The notes under the pieces are model-generated. The model saw only the letters and a program-made list of their open reading frames with translations, did no database searches and was not told where the DNA came from. This document shows positions 47,079-57,367 of a stretch of DNA of 64,000 bases, piece by piece. A program made the position numbers and the translations under genes. Source of the stretch: Patescibacteria group bacterium (GTDB taxonomy: Bacteria; Patescibacteriota; Patescibacteriia; Buchananbacterales; UBA6539); assembly GCA_034003985.1 (NCBI GenBank), contig JAVEXP010000002.1, positions 144,789 to 208,788 of the forward strand, in the 5' to 3' direction. Positions within the stretch are counted from its first letter, which is position 1. Every line of letters starts with the position of its first letter.

Positions 47079-48235
47079 CGATAAAGCATTTTAATGTTAA
47101 AAAGAAATCTTTGGCTTTTCGGCTCAATAATCTTAGTGAGCGCCATAGTGGCAAGCCGGACTATTTTTTATTGGGACTGATTGGCGTTATTACATTTTTT
47201 GGCCTGATGGTTTTATCTTCGGCTAGCAGTGTTGTATCTTTTCGGGATTACAATAATGCTTATTATTTTTTCTGGCACCAATTCTGGCGGGGTTTTGTTC
47301 CCGGGATTATTTTATTTCTAATCTTTGCCAAAATTAATTATCGGCGGTGGGAGAAATTTTCCGTGGCTTTTTTTGTTTCTTCTTTGTTGTTGTTATTGTT
47401 GGTTTTTGTTCCGGGGATTGGCGCCAGTTATGGCCGTGCTCGAAGTTGGATTAATGTTGCGGGATTTTCTTTTCAGCCCAGTGAAATTGTAAAATTATTT
47501 TTGATTTTTTCTTTAGCCGGTTGGTTTTCCTACCGCGGGATGGAGCGGACCAAAGATTTCTGGAATGGTTTGGTGCCGTTTGCTTTGATTTTAGGTATTA
47601 TTACGCTGCCAGTTGCCTTGTCGGACTTGGGTACAGCCATTGTGATTGTCGTGATTGCGATTGCGGTTTATTTTACGGCCGGGGCCAAAATCAGCCACTT
47701 GGCGGGCTTGGGAGTAATCGGCATTGCTGCCTTTGCCGCCTTGATTGTCCAAGCGCCTTATCGGGCCCAGCGTTTGATGACTTTTTTACATCCGGAACTT
47801 GATCCCCAGAATATCGGCTATCATATTAATCAGGCTTTTTTAGCCATTGGCTCGGGCGGACTTTTTGGGCTGGGTTTTGGCCAGTCGCGCCAAAAGTTTG
47901 CTTATTTGCCCGAAGTTATGGGCGATTCAATTTTTGCTATTATTTCCGAAGAGCTGGGTTTCATTTTTGCCACATTGCTAGTTCTGGCTTTTTTACTTTT
48001 AGCTTGGCGTGGTTTTCGTCTGGCTCGCCAGACTAATGATGAATACGGCAAGTTTGTTGCCGCCGGGATTACCTCTTGGTTTATTTTCCAGGCCTTTTTT
48101 AACATCGCCGCCATGGTTGGTTTAATGCCTTTGACCGGCATTCCGTTGCCATTCATTAGCTATGGCGGTACAGCTCTGGCTGTTGTATTGGCTGGTGCCG
48201 GGGTATTGGTTAATATTTCCAGAACCTCTGATTAG
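47075..48235 (+). CDS. ftsW: SEDS peptidoglycan polymerase FtsW
   Basis: ARSWI...FQPSE..K, DLGT, AIGSGG..G.G.G.S.QK..YLPE..DSIF, TGIPLPFISYGG. Confidence 0.95.
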   Translation: MTIKHFNVKKKSLAFRLNNLSERHSGKPDYFLLGLIGVITFFGLMVLSSASSVVSFRDYNNAYYFFWHQFWRGFVPGIILFLIFAKINYRRWEKFSVAFFVSSLLLLLLVFVPGIGASYGRARSWINVAGFSFQPSEIVKLFLIFSLAGWFSYRGMERTKDFWNGLVPFALILGIITLPVALSDLGTAIVIVVIAIAVYFTAGAKISHLAGLGVIGIAAFAALIVQAPYRAQRLMTFLHPELDPQNIGYHINQAFLAIGSGGLFGLGFGQSRQKFAYLPEVMGDSIFAIISEELGFIFATLLVLAFLLLAWRGFRLARQTNDEYGKFVAAGITSWFIFQAFFNIAAMVGLMPLTGIPLPFISYGGTALAVVLAGAGVLVNISRTSD

Positions 48236-48271
48236 ATTGATTTTTTGGTCATAATTTGTTATTTTAAAGTA

Positions 48272-49324
48272 ATGAAAGTCTTGTTTTCCGGCGGCGGAAC
48301 CATGGGTTCAGTCAGCCCCCTGATTGCTATTTATCAAGCACTTAAAAATCAGCAGCCTAACGCTGAATTTTTTTGGTTAGCTACAAAAAATGGCCCGGAG
48401 CTGAAATTTTTGTCCGAGTACAACATTCCAACCAAAGCGATTTTTTCCGGAAAATTAAGGCGCTATTTTAGCTTTCAGAATTTTTTTGATCCGCTTTTAA
48501 TTTTTATTGGGTTTATTCAGTCTTTCTTTTTTTTGCTTAAATTTAAACCCAGCGTAGTGATTTCGGCCGGTGGTTTTGTCGCCGTGCCTGTAACTTGGGC
48601 GGCTTGGATTTTGCGCCGGCCGTCGATTATCCATCAGCAAGACATCAGGCCAGGATTGGCCAATAAGTTGCTGGCGCCGTTTGCTAATATTATTACCGTT
48701 ACTTTTGAAAGGTCAATCAAGGATTTTGCCAAGTATTCTCAAAAAACTCATTGGGTTGGCAACCCGGCCAGATTAGAAATTTTGCAGGGTAGTAAAGATG
48801 AAGCAATAAAGAATTTTAATCTTGATCCGAATTTGCCAACGGTTTTAGTTATGGGCGGTGGCACTGGTTCGCTCAATTTGAACAATTTGGTTATCGATAA
48901 CTTGGGCGAAATTTTGAAGTTTTGTCAGGTTATCCATATCACCGGCGGTCGGCTGGACAAAGAGGCTCAGCATCCGCGCTATCACGCGTTTGAATTTCTG
49001 ACTGCCGATCTAAAGCATGCTTATGCTATTAGTGATTTAGTAGTGACTCGAGCTGGCATGTCGGCCTTAACTGAAATCGCCGCCTTGCGTAAGCCGGCTC
49101 TAGTTATTCCAATTCCTAATAGTCATCAGGAAGACAATGCCGTTGAATTTTTCCGCAATAATGCAATTATGATGCTTCAGGAAAAAAATCTTAATCCGTC
49201 TGCTTTGGCAGGGGCGATTGATAAACTTTTGACCGACAAAGTCGGTCGGGAAAACTTGGCTCGCAACCTGGAAAAGTTGATGCCCGCCGATCCGGTACAA
49301 CGGATTATTAAGATGATTTTATGA
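48272..49324 (+). CDS. murG: undecaprenyl-PP-MurNAc-pentapeptide N-acetylglucosaminyltransferase
   Basis: SGGGTMG, GKLRRY, GGFVAVP, HQQD..PGLANK, GNP.R, MGGGTGS, HQEDNA; start ATG 48272. Confidence 0.95.
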   Translation: MKVLFSGGGTMGSVSPLIAIYQALKNQQPNAEFFWLATKNGPELKFLSEYNIPTKAIFSGKLRRYFSFQNFFDPLLIFIGFIQSFFFLLKFKPSVVISAGGFVAVPVTWAAWILRRPSIIHQQDIRPGLANKLLAPFANIITVTFERSIKDFAKYSQKTHWVGNPARLEILQGSKDEAIKNFNLDPNLPTVLVMGGGTGSLNLNNLVIDNLGEILKFCQVIHITGGRLDKEAQHPRYHAFEFLTADLKHAYAISDLVVTRAGMSALTEIAALRKPALVIPIPNSHQEDNAVEFFRNNAIMMLQEKNLNPSALAGAIDKLLTDKVGRENLARNLEKLMPADPVQRIIKMIL

Positions 49325-50205
49325 ACGAATTTGCCGACCAAGAGCTTAAAAAAGTCGGTGTGGCCATCAGCGGTGGTTTTATTAGAGCCGCCGCCGCCAT
49401 CGGTGTGATTGAAGTTTTACAAGAAAATAATGTCCCAATTAATGTGATTTCCGGTTCCAGCTCCGGCGCGATTGTGGCTGGTGCTTATGCCTGTGGCAAA
49501 TTGGAAGAATTAAAGGCCAGACTGGTAAACGGTAGACGCCGAGATTATTTTAGAATAATTTTTGAACCAACTTTGCCGCGCCGTGGATTTTTAAAAGGAG
49601 AGCGCAACGAAAAATTTTTTGAAGAATTCGTCGGGGAAAAAACCTTCGCCGAGACAAACATCCCCCTGATTTTGGCAGTTACTGATTTAACGGAAATGGC
49701 GGAGGTTGTTTTGACGGAAGGTAAAATCAGTAAGGCGATCAGGGCTTGTACTTCCGTGCCAGGGATTTTTGTGCCGGTTGAGCATGACGAAAAAGTATTG
49801 ATTGACGGTGCTAATTTCAATACCATCCCTTCCGAGGCGCTTTATCAGCACGGTGTTAATTATGTTATTGCTGTTTATGTCGCTAAGCCTCCTAGCCCGA
49901 TTACCAGATTCCTCGGTTTTATCCATCAAGTCAGGGGCGGCCGACTGCTTATTAAGAAAATAAATGACCGGCAGGTTCGAAAACAGCATTTGAATATTTT
50001 TCGTTTGATTGTCAGAGCCGTCAGACTGTCGGTGGTTCACATCAAGAATTTTTATCATGAGGCCTATCGTTATGATGTTATTATTCGACCGGAACTGAAA
50101 CGAATCAGGCGTTATCAAGTAAAATCGGTCGAATACTGTATTGCCCAGGGTCGGCGCTCGGCACTGGAGGTGTTGCCTCAAATTAAAAAGGATTTGGGTC
50201 TATGA
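49321..50205 (+). CDS. patatin-like phospholipase
   Basis: SGGFIRA oxyanion loop, GSSSG nucleophile elbow, PGIF.PV, IDGA catalytic Asp. Confidence 0.88.
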   Translation: MNEFADQELKKVGVAISGGFIRAAAAIGVIEVLQENNVPINVISGSSSGAIVAGAYACGKLEELKARLVNGRRRDYFRIIFEPTLPRRGFLKGERNEKFFEEFVGEKTFAETNIPLILAVTDLTEMAEVVLTEGKISKAIRACTSVPGIFVPVEHDEKVLIDGANFNTIPSEALYQHGVNYVIAVYVAKPPSPITRFLGFIHQVRGGRLLIKKINDRQVRKQHLNIFRLIVRAVRLSVVHIKNFYHEAYRYDVIIRPELKRIRRYQVKSVEYCIAQGRRSALEVLPQIKKDLGL

Positions 50206-51590
50206 CAATTAATTTGTCAAAAATTAAAAAAGTTTATTTTATCGGCATTAAGGGCGTGGCAATGTCCGGTCTGGCGGTTATTTGTAAGCAACGAGGGTTA
50301 GAAGTTTGTGGCTCCGATGTTAGTGAAAAATTTATTACCGATAAAATTTTGACCAAACATGACATTGAAGTGGTTGAAGAATTTCTGCCGCAGAATTTGG
50401 ATTGTAATCCGGACCTGGTGGTTATTGGTACTTCTTGGGGTGCTGAGAATATTGAAGTTGCTGAATCACAAAACCGCGGCCTACTGACCATTTCGGATTC
50501 GGAATTGCGCGGTATTTTAAGTTTGGAAAAAAGAACGATTGCCGTTACCGGTGTACACGGCAAGACGACAACGACTGCAATGATCGCCCATGTTTTTAAC
50601 TATGCTGGTTTGCGTCCCAGTTTTTTAGTTGGTACTGGTACAGTTCCTGACTTGCAGGGGAATGCGGCTTGGTCCAACGGTCAGCATTTTATTGTCGAAG
50701 GCGATGAATATGTCCGCAGCAAACAAGAAAAGGTTGCCAAATTTTTGGATTTAACGCCGGCCATTTCAGTCATTACCAGTCTGGAGTGGGAACATGTTGA
50801 TGTCTATCCCGATTTGGCAACTTTGGAATCGGCTTTTGGTTTGTTGGTGGATAAGACTAGGGATTTGGTGGTAGCTTGTGGCGATTGGCCGAGTGTCAAA
50901 AAAATTTTTAGTGATAAGTCAAAACCAACCATAAGGTATGGTTTTGAAGATGGTAACGATTTTATCGCTTATGACCTTGATGAAGGGTTTGACCAAACCA
51001 GTTTTAAATTGAAAAATGCCAATCAAGATTTAGGCAGTTTTACCATTAATCTTTTTGGGCGGCATAATGTTTTAAATGCTGTTGCGGCAATTTTGGTCGG
51101 TCGTCAGGAGGGCATTGCTCTGCCAAAGATTGAGCAAGCTTTAAAGACTTTTCACGGTACCGAGCGCCGGTTTGATATTTCTCAAAAAAACGATATGGTG
51201 TTTGTTGATGATTACGGTCATCATCCGACGGAAATCAAAACCACTTTGCAGGCCGTCAGACATCGTTATCCGACCAAAAAAATCTGGTGTGTATTTCAGC
51301 CCCACATGGTTTCGCGCACCAAAGCGCTGCTGGCTGATTTTAGTCAAAGTTTTGGCGATGTCGACCGCGTAATTTTTGCCGATATTTTTGCTTCCGCCCG
51401 AGAGCAGGGTCAAGATTTTACTTCGCGTGATTTGGCTGATGTCACCAGACAGTATCACCAAGATGTTGTTTATGTCGGTGATTTAAATGAAACTATCAAT
51501 TATTTGCGTAAAAATTTGCCCGACCAAGTAGTTTTGGTTACAATGGGGGCAGGGGATGTTTACCGCGTCCGAGACAAGCTAATGATTTAA
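50202..51590 (+). CDS. murC: UDP-N-acetylmuramate--L-alanine ligase
   Basis: FIGIKGVAMSGLA, GSD, GVHGKTTTT, VEGDE, RRF, DDYGHHPTEI, FQPH, MGAGD. Confidence 0.96.
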   Translation: MTINLSKIKKVYFIGIKGVAMSGLAVICKQRGLEVCGSDVSEKFITDKILTKHDIEVVEEFLPQNLDCNPDLVVIGTSWGAENIEVAESQNRGLLTISDSELRGILSLEKRTIAVTGVHGKTTTTAMIAHVFNYAGLRPSFLVGTGTVPDLQGNAAWSNGQHFIVEGDEYVRSKQEKVAKFLDLTPAISVITSLEWEHVDVYPDLATLESAFGLLVDKTRDLVVACGDWPSVKKIFSDKSKPTIRYGFEDGNDFIAYDLDEGFDQTSFKLKNANQDLGSFTINLFGRHNVLNAVAAILVGRQEGIALPKIEQALKTFHGTERRFDISQKNDMVFVDDYGHHPTEIKTTLQAVRHRYPTKKIWCVFQPHMVSRTKALLADFSQSFGDVDRVIFADIFASAREQGQDFTSRDLADVTRQYHQDVVYVGDLNETINYLRKNLPDQVVLVTMGAGDVYRVRDKLMI

Positions 51591-51600
51591 TCTTTTATAT

Positions 51601-52566
51601 ATGTCTGAAGAACTAAAAAATATTTTGCCTGGTTTGCAAACGGCTGTCAGTTTAGCCGAATATAATACTTATAAAATTGGCGGTCTTGCCAAATATTTTT
51701 ATATCGCCAAATCGAAAGATGACTTATTAAAAGCCATTCAGGCCGCCAAGCAAGCCGGAGTGGAATACACCATTATCGGCTGGGGTAGTAATATTTTGGT
51801 GGCCGATTCAGGCTATGACGGCTTGGTTATTAAAAATAGCAGTTCAGTAATTGCGGCCGAAGGGGAAATTATTGAAGCCGAAAGCGGTGTTAATCTGGCC
51901 AGCCTGATTGGTTTTGCCACCCGTCAGGGTTTGAGCGGTTTGGAATTTGCCGCCGGTATTCCCGGCACTCTCGGTGGCGCGATTTACGGCAATGCCGGCG
52001 CTTATGGCTCCAGTTTCTCCTCAGTTGTTCAGGAAGTTGAAGTCTATCAGGATGGTGAAGTAAAAAAGTTTAGCAATGAAGAAATGAAATTTGATTATCG
52101 TCATAGCATTCTAAAAGAACGCCCCGGCATTATTCTATCGGTCAAAATGAAATTAACTCCCAAAAATCCAAAGGAAATTCAATCTAAGGTGATTGAAACC
52201 ATTAAGGGTCGTAACGCCAAGCTGCCGGCCGAACCAAGCTGCGGTTGTGTTTTTAAGAATATTGATTTAAGCAAAGTGGAAATTAATAAAGCTAAGGTCA
52301 TTAAGGCGCTTGATATCAACGAAGAAGAATGGGAACAGGCAATCAGACACGGCAAGCTATCGGTTGGCTATGTTATCGAGAAATTAGGTCTTAAGGATAA
52401 AAAAATCGGCGGCTGCCAGATTTCTCCCAAGCATGCTTCGTATTTAATTAATATTGAGCACGCCAAAGCCGAGCATGTCGTTATGTTGATTTCCGATATT
52501 AAAATGCGGGTACGAGACGAGCTGGGTATTCAACTCCAAGAGGAAGTTCAATATTTGGGATTTTAA
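51601..52566 (+). CDS. murB: UDP-N-acetylenolpyruvoylglucosamine reductase
   Basis: TYKIGG.A, G.GSNIL, GLEF..GIPGT.GGA..NAGAYG, YRHS, S.GCVFKN, S.KHA, EV. Confidence 0.96.
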   Translation: MSEELKNILPGLQTAVSLAEYNTYKIGGLAKYFYIAKSKDDLLKAIQAAKQAGVEYTIIGWGSNILVADSGYDGLVIKNSSSVIAAEGEIIEAESGVNLASLIGFATRQGLSGLEFAAGIPGTLGGAIYGNAGAYGSSFSSVVQEVEVYQDGEVKKFSNEEMKFDYRHSILKERPGIILSVKMKLTPKNPKEIQSKVIETIKGRNAKLPAEPSCGCVFKNIDLSKVEINKAKVIKALDINEEEWEQAIRHGKLSVGYVIEKLGLKDKKIGGCQISPKHASYLINIEHAKAEHVVMLISDIKMRVRDELGIQLQEEVQYLGF

Positions 52567-52634
52567 TTAAAAAAAGAGGCAGGTTGGTTAACGCTGCCGT
52601 TAGGTTTGGGCTGCACCGTTTGGTGCGGCCTTGA

Positions 52635-53039
52635 TTATTTTTCGATGCGCGGGAGTGATAACATTGAATTCACTGCTGCAACCAAAGTTCCGGGCTTAAA
52701 GGGAATGACGATAGCAATCACTGGATGCTGATGGCTTTCAATCATTTCCATTAGTCGCGGATGTTTGTCGGCCGGGGCCAAAATGATCATCGGTGTGACA
52801 ATCTTTAGTTCGGCAAGCCGATTTTCCAAAGCCACGGGGTCAATTTGACCGTTATCGTCCAGATAGCAGATGACCAACACCAATTCGGGATTGGCGATTT
52901 GTTGAATCGCTTCGGTGGTATTCTCCGCTACCACCAGATGCCATTGGTCGGATTTCAGAATAATCCCGCCACCAGTCAACACCTGGCCAACGGACCATCT
53001 GACAATTCCGGTTACGGCGGCCACTAAGATACTTTTCAT
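52635..53039 (-). CDS. degenerate response-regulator receiver-like protein
   Basis: (beta/alpha)5-like pattern SILV..., PELVLVI, PMIIL, IPF; GGAGG SD and own promoter. Confidence 0.5.
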   Translation of the reverse strand: MKSILVAAVTGIVRWSVGQVLTGGGIILKSDQWHLVVAENTTEAIQQIANPELVLVICYLDDNGQIDPVALENRLAELKIVTPMIILAPADKHPRLMEMIESHQHPVIAIVIPFKPGTLVAAVNSMLSLPRIEK

Positions 53040-53085
53040 TTTTCCCTCCGTCAGTTAAGGTTCAAGAACTCAGCTTCAAATGTAA

Positions 53086-53114
53086 AAGTTATCATTTTTT
53101 CTTAGCCTTGTCAA
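53086..53114 (-). promoter_or_regulatory. sigma70-type promoter for 52635..53039
   Basis: minus strand TTGACA-17 bp-TAACTT with extended -10 TG. Confidence 0.5.
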
Positions 53115-53148
53115 TTAATGTTAATTTTCGTATAATGTAGACGCCTTT

Positions 53149-55902
53149 ATGACTTTAATCGAAAAAATTGATCGCTTATTTGGTGATCCCAATGAGCGTT
53201 ATCTTAGCAAAATCAGGCCTTTGGTTGGCCAAATTAATGATCTTGAAGCTAGATTTGAGGCTTTTTCGGCTGATCAGTTGAAACAGCAAGCCCAGGATTT
53301 CAAGGCCAGATTGAAAGCGGGTAAGACTTTGGACGACATTTTGCCCGAGGCGTTTGCTTGTGTTCGCGAAGCCGCCAAACGCACTTTGGGTTTGCGCCAC
53401 TATGATGTTCAGCTATTAGCCGGAATTGTTTTGCATACCAATAAAATCGCCGAACAAAAAACCGGTGAAGGTAAAACTTTGTCGGCGACGACCGCGCTTT
53501 ACTTAAACGCCCTGGAAGGCCGGGGTGCTCATTTGGTGACCGTTAATGATTATTTGTCCCGGCGCGATTGCGGCTGGATGGCACCGGTTTATTATGCTTT
53601 GGGCTTGAGCTGCGGGGTAATCATCCATGATGCGGCGTTTGTTTATGATCCTGAATATTTCGACGAGCAGGCTACCGATAAACGGTTGGCCAATCTTAAG
53701 CCGGTTAGTCGCCAAGAAGCTTATCGGGCTGATATTACTTACGGCACCAACAACGAATTTGGTTTTGATTATTTACGCGACAACATGGTTTCCGAGCTGT
53801 CTCAGGCGGTTCAGCGCGATTTACATTACGCAATTGTGGACGAAGTTGACAGTATTTTGATTGACGAGGCGCGAACGCCGTTGATTATTTCGGCGCCGGA
53901 CATGGAATCAACCGACAAGTACTCGCAATTTTCCAGGCTGGTGGTTAAGCTGGTGGAAAACGAAGATTACAACATTGATGAAAAAATGAGAGCCGCGACT
54001 TTGACCGAAGGTGGTATTGCCAAAATGGAAAAGCTGCTTGGCATTGATAATATTTATACCGAAGGAGGAGTATCCGATGTCCATCACATTGAACAGGCTC
54101 TCAAGGCCCATGCTTTGTTTAAACGCGACCGCGACTATGTTGTTAAAGACGGTGAAGTGATAATCGTCGATGAGTTTACCGGCCGCTTAATGTATGGTCG
54201 GCGCTACAGCGAAGGCTTACATCAAGCTATCGAAGCCAAAGAAGGAGTTCCTATTCAGCGTGAAAGCAAAACTTTAGCGACTATTACTTTTCAAAATTAT
54301 TTTCGTCTTTACCATAAATTGGCCGGCATGACCGGTACGGCCGAAACCGAAAAAGAGGAATTCCAAAAAATTTATGGTTTGGATGTGGCCGTTATTCCGA
54401 CTAACAAGCCGATGGCTCGTCAGGATCTGATTGACCGGATTTATAAAAATGAAAGCGGCAAATTCCAGGCCGTAGTGCGCGAAGTCAAAGATCGTCACAC
54501 CAAAGGTCAGCCGGTTTTGATTGGTACGATTTCGATTGAAAAAAATGAATTACTCAGTCAATTACTGGAGCGCGAAGGCGTTCCTCATAATCTATTGAAC
54601 GCCAAGCAGCACGAGAAAGAAGCCCAGATTATTGCCCAGGCCGGACGGGTTGGAGCCGTAACTTTGGCTACCAATATGGCTGGTCGGGGAGTTGATATTA
54701 AACTTGGTGGCGATCCTTTTGATGAGCAGGAAGAAAAACGAGTGAAAGAGCTTGGCGGACTTTATATTCTTGGTACTGAGCGCCATGAATCACGCCGGAT
54801 TGATAATCAGCTGCGGGGTCGCGGCGGTCGGCAAGGCGATCCCGGCACTTCCCAGTTTTTTGTTTCGCTGGATGATGATCTAATGAGAATTTTTGGTTCC
54901 GAGCGCATTAAAGGTATCATGGAAACTTTGAAAGTGCCGGATGATATGCCAATTGAAAATCGGATGATTAGCCGTTCGCTGGAAGCGGCTCAGAAGAAAG
55001 TCGAAGGCTATCATTTTGATACCCGCAAGCACTTGGTTGAGTATGATGATGTTTTAAACAAACACCGCGAAACCATTTACAAAAAACGCGCTGCCGTCAT
55101 TGAAAGTGAAAATGTTAAGGATCAAATTTTACAGCAAGTTCAAGATGAAATTACCGAAGTGGTAAATTTTCATACCGCCGATCCCGATGAAAATATTTGG
55201 AATTTGGGAGAAATTTACGAGGTGGTCAATACCATTTTTCCGGTTGGCCAAGATGTCCGGCTTAAGCTTGCCGACATCGCCCAGGCAGCCGGGGACACGA
55301 TTGAAGATAAAACTTCGCGCGGCCGGCTGATTGGTTATTTGTTTAAACTGGCCGTTGAACAATATAATCATTTGGAAGAACAGGTAATTAAGATTGTCGG
55401 CAATGAATCAACTATGCGCCGGGTGGAAAAAGGCGCAATGCTGCGCAGTATTGATATGCTGTGGATTGAACACTTGGAAGCGCTTAATCATTTGCGAACC
55501 GGTATCGGCTTGCAGGGCTATGGCCAGCGCGATCCACTGGTAGAATATAAAAAAGAAGCTTTCCGGTTATTTAAGGAATTATTGGCGGCTATTCGCAAAC
55601 AAGTTGTTTATAGCATTTATAAAATGGGTCCGGCCGCCAATATTGCGCCGATTGTTATGAATCAAATGCCGGGGTTGAGCTTCCAGGCGCCGGCCAAAAC
55701 TTCCCAGTCGTCCAAATCTTCAATCGCCGGATTGGCTCAAAACCAAGCCAATCTCGATACTCCTCAGCAGCAAGAAGTCGATTCTCGCTTAGCTCAAGTG
55801 CCAACCGACGACAATACTCATTACCAAGGTCAAAAGGTTGGCCGGAACGATCCTTGTCCTTGCGGCAGCGGCAAGAAGTTTAAACGATGCCACGGGGCAT
55901 AA
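53149..55902 (+). CDS. secA: preprotein translocase ATPase SecA
   Basis: KTGEGKT, VTVNDYL, DEVDSILIDEARTPLIIS, TNMAGRG.DI, RHESRRIDNQLRGR.GRQGDPG, C-terminal GRNDPCPCGSGKKFKRCHG. Confidence 0.99.
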   Translation: MTLIEKIDRLFGDPNERYLSKIRPLVGQINDLEARFEAFSADQLKQQAQDFKARLKAGKTLDDILPEAFACVREAAKRTLGLRHYDVQLLAGIVLHTNKIAEQKTGEGKTLSATTALYLNALEGRGAHLVTVNDYLSRRDCGWMAPVYYALGLSCGVIIHDAAFVYDPEYFDEQATDKRLANLKPVSRQEAYRADITYGTNNEFGFDYLRDNMVSELSQAVQRDLHYAIVDEVDSILIDEARTPLIISAPDMESTDKYSQFSRLVVKLVENEDYNIDEKMRAATLTEGGIAKMEKLLGIDNIYTEGGVSDVHHIEQALKAHALFKRDRDYVVKDGEVIIVDEFTGRLMYGRRYSEGLHQAIEAKEGVPIQRESKTLATITFQNYFRLYHKLAGMTGTAETEKEEFQKIYGLDVAVIPTNKPMARQDLIDRIYKNESGKFQAVVREVKDRHTKGQPVLIGTISIEKNELLSQLLEREGVPHNLLNAKQHEKEAQIIAQAGRVGAVTLATNMAGRGVDIKLGGDPFDEQEEKRVKELGGLYILGTERHESRRIDNQLRGRGGRQGDPGTSQFFVSLDDDLMRIFGSERIKGIMETLKVPDDMPIENRMISRSLEAAQKKVEGYHFDTRKHLVEYDDVLNKHRETIYKKRAAVIESENVKDQILQQVQDEITEVVNFHTADPDENIWNLGEIYEVVNTIFPVGQDVRLKLADIAQAAGDTIEDKTSRGRLIGYLFKLAVEQYNHLEEQVIKIVGNESTMRRVEKGAMLRSIDMLWIEHLEALNHLRTGIGLQGYGQRDPLVEYKKEAFRLFKELLAAIRKQVVYSIYKMGPAANIAPIVMNQMPGLSFQAPAKTSQSSKSSIAGLAQNQANLDTPQQQEVDSRLAQVPTDDNTHYQGQKVGRNDPCPCGSGKKFKRCHGA

Positions 55903-55909
55903 CTTGATT

Positions 55910-56488
55910 ATGGGCAAAATATTTTTAGTCAGGCATGGTCAAGACAAAGATAATCAGCAAGGCATTCTTAATGGTAAACGAGATAGTGAATTAACCGACT
56001 TGGGCCGCAGACAGGCAGCAACAGTAGTTGAAAAGTTTAAAGATATAAAAATTGAAGCTATTTATTGTTCACCGTTAAAGCGGGCTTATGACACGGCTAA
56101 AATTATTGCTGCTGAATTGGGCGTCAATGAAGTTATCACGGATGAATCTTTAATCGAGCGTGATTTTGGGGTACTGACCGGCAAGCCGGTAGCTGATATA
56201 CTTAAATATACCCAGAAAATTATTAGATCTGACGGCATAAATTATTTTCTTGAAGTCGAAGGTGCCGAGAGTTTTAGTGATTTACTATTGCGTGGTGGTC
56301 AAATTCTGGAAAAAATAAATCAGCAATATCCTGATAGTAATATAGTGATCGTGACTCATGGTGATATCGGTAAAATGATTAGAGCTGTTTACCATAACTG
56401 GACATGGCAGAAAGGACTGGAAACTCCATATTTTGATAATACCGAGGTATTGGAGTTATCTGACAGTCAAGACAAAGAAATATTATGA
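55910..56488 (+). CDS. histidine phosphatase family protein
   Basis: LVRHGQ, SPLKRA..TA, E..FG, IVTHG; start ATG 55910. Confidence 0.92.
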   Translation: MGKIFLVRHGQDKDNQQGILNGKRDSELTDLGRRQAATVVEKFKDIKIEAIYCSPLKRAYDTAKIIAAELGVNEVITDESLIERDFGVLTGKPVADILKYTQKIIRSDGINYFLEVEGAESFSDLLLRGGQILEKINQQYPDSNIVIVTHGDIGKMIRAVYHNWTWQKGLETPYFDNTEVLELSDSQDKEIL

Positions 56489-57072
56489 TAAACAAAAATG
56501 CAGTACTAAATTTTGATGAAAGAGAACTAAAGAAACTAGCCAAGCCATATTTGGATTCAGCGAGGGCTGGTGATTGGAAGCATGCGCTGCGGGTTGTTGA
56601 ATGGGTCAAAGATTTAGGTGAAGGTAGGGATGATTTGTATTTATTAATAACGGCTGGCTATTTGCACGATATCGGCTGGTCGGGCATAGCGCCAAATAGC
56701 AAGTTAACCCTTGCTGACATCCGAAAACTTGAACCAAGGGCTAATAAAAATTCATTTGAATTAATCCCCGAAGTTCTCTCGAAATTAAAGTTTACCAATC
56801 AGGAGCAAGACATCGTGTTCAGATTAGTGGCCGCTGCCGATAAATATCAGTCAAAAAAAGATGACGAAATAATAATTGTTGACGCCGATAATCTTAGTAA
56901 ATTGTGTTTTGATCATGTTAACGAGAAGTTTACCCAACAAGATTTTTCTATAGTAATTAAGCATTTTGAAGAAGATCTGCCAAGTAGAGTAAAAAGTAAG
57001 AAAGCCAAGGAACTATTGCCAAAACTGTTAGTGGATTTAAAGAGTCAGCTAAAAATACATGAAATACAATAA
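56485..57072 (+). CDS. HD-domain hydrolase
   Basis: H..RV, LHDIG, DAD motifs. Confidence 0.85.
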   Translation: MINKNAVLNFDERELKKLAKPYLDSARAGDWKHALRVVEWVKDLGEGRDDLYLLITAGYLHDIGWSGIAPNSKLTLADIRKLEPRANKNSFELIPEVLSKLKFTNQEQDIVFRLVAAADKYQSKKDDEIIIVDADNLSKLCFDHVNEKFTQQDFSIVIKHFEEDLPSRVKSKKAKELLPKLLVDLKSQLKIHEIQ

Positions 57073-57361
57073 ACTTATTCGTGATAAAATTCCAGAAATT
57101 ATCCGGGCCAAGGGTCGTGAGCCAATCATCCATATTGCCGATCAGCAAGAATACTGGCAAAAGCTCAAAGAAAAATTGGTGGAAGAATTCAAAGAATTTG
57201 AGGCTGCAGAAAGTCCCGAAGAATTAGCCGATGTTTTGGAAGTCATCGATGCAATTATTAAGTATAAGAATTTTGATTTTATCGAGATTAAAAAGATTAA
57301 GGAACAAAAAGCTCAAGCGCGGGGAAAATTTGAAAAACGAATCATTCTTGACGAGTCTTAA
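57059..57361 (+). CDS. MazG-like / PRA-PH-like nucleoside-triphosphate pyrophosphohydrolase
   Basis: YNKLIRDKIPEII, KL.EE..E, EELADVLEV, K...RG.F. Confidence 0.9.
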   Translation: MKYNKLIRDKIPEIIRAKGREPIIHIADQQEYWQKLKEKLVEEFKEFEAAESPEELADVLEVIDAIIKYKNFDFIEIKKIKEQKAQARGKFEKRIILDES

Positions 57362-57367
57362 ATTATT

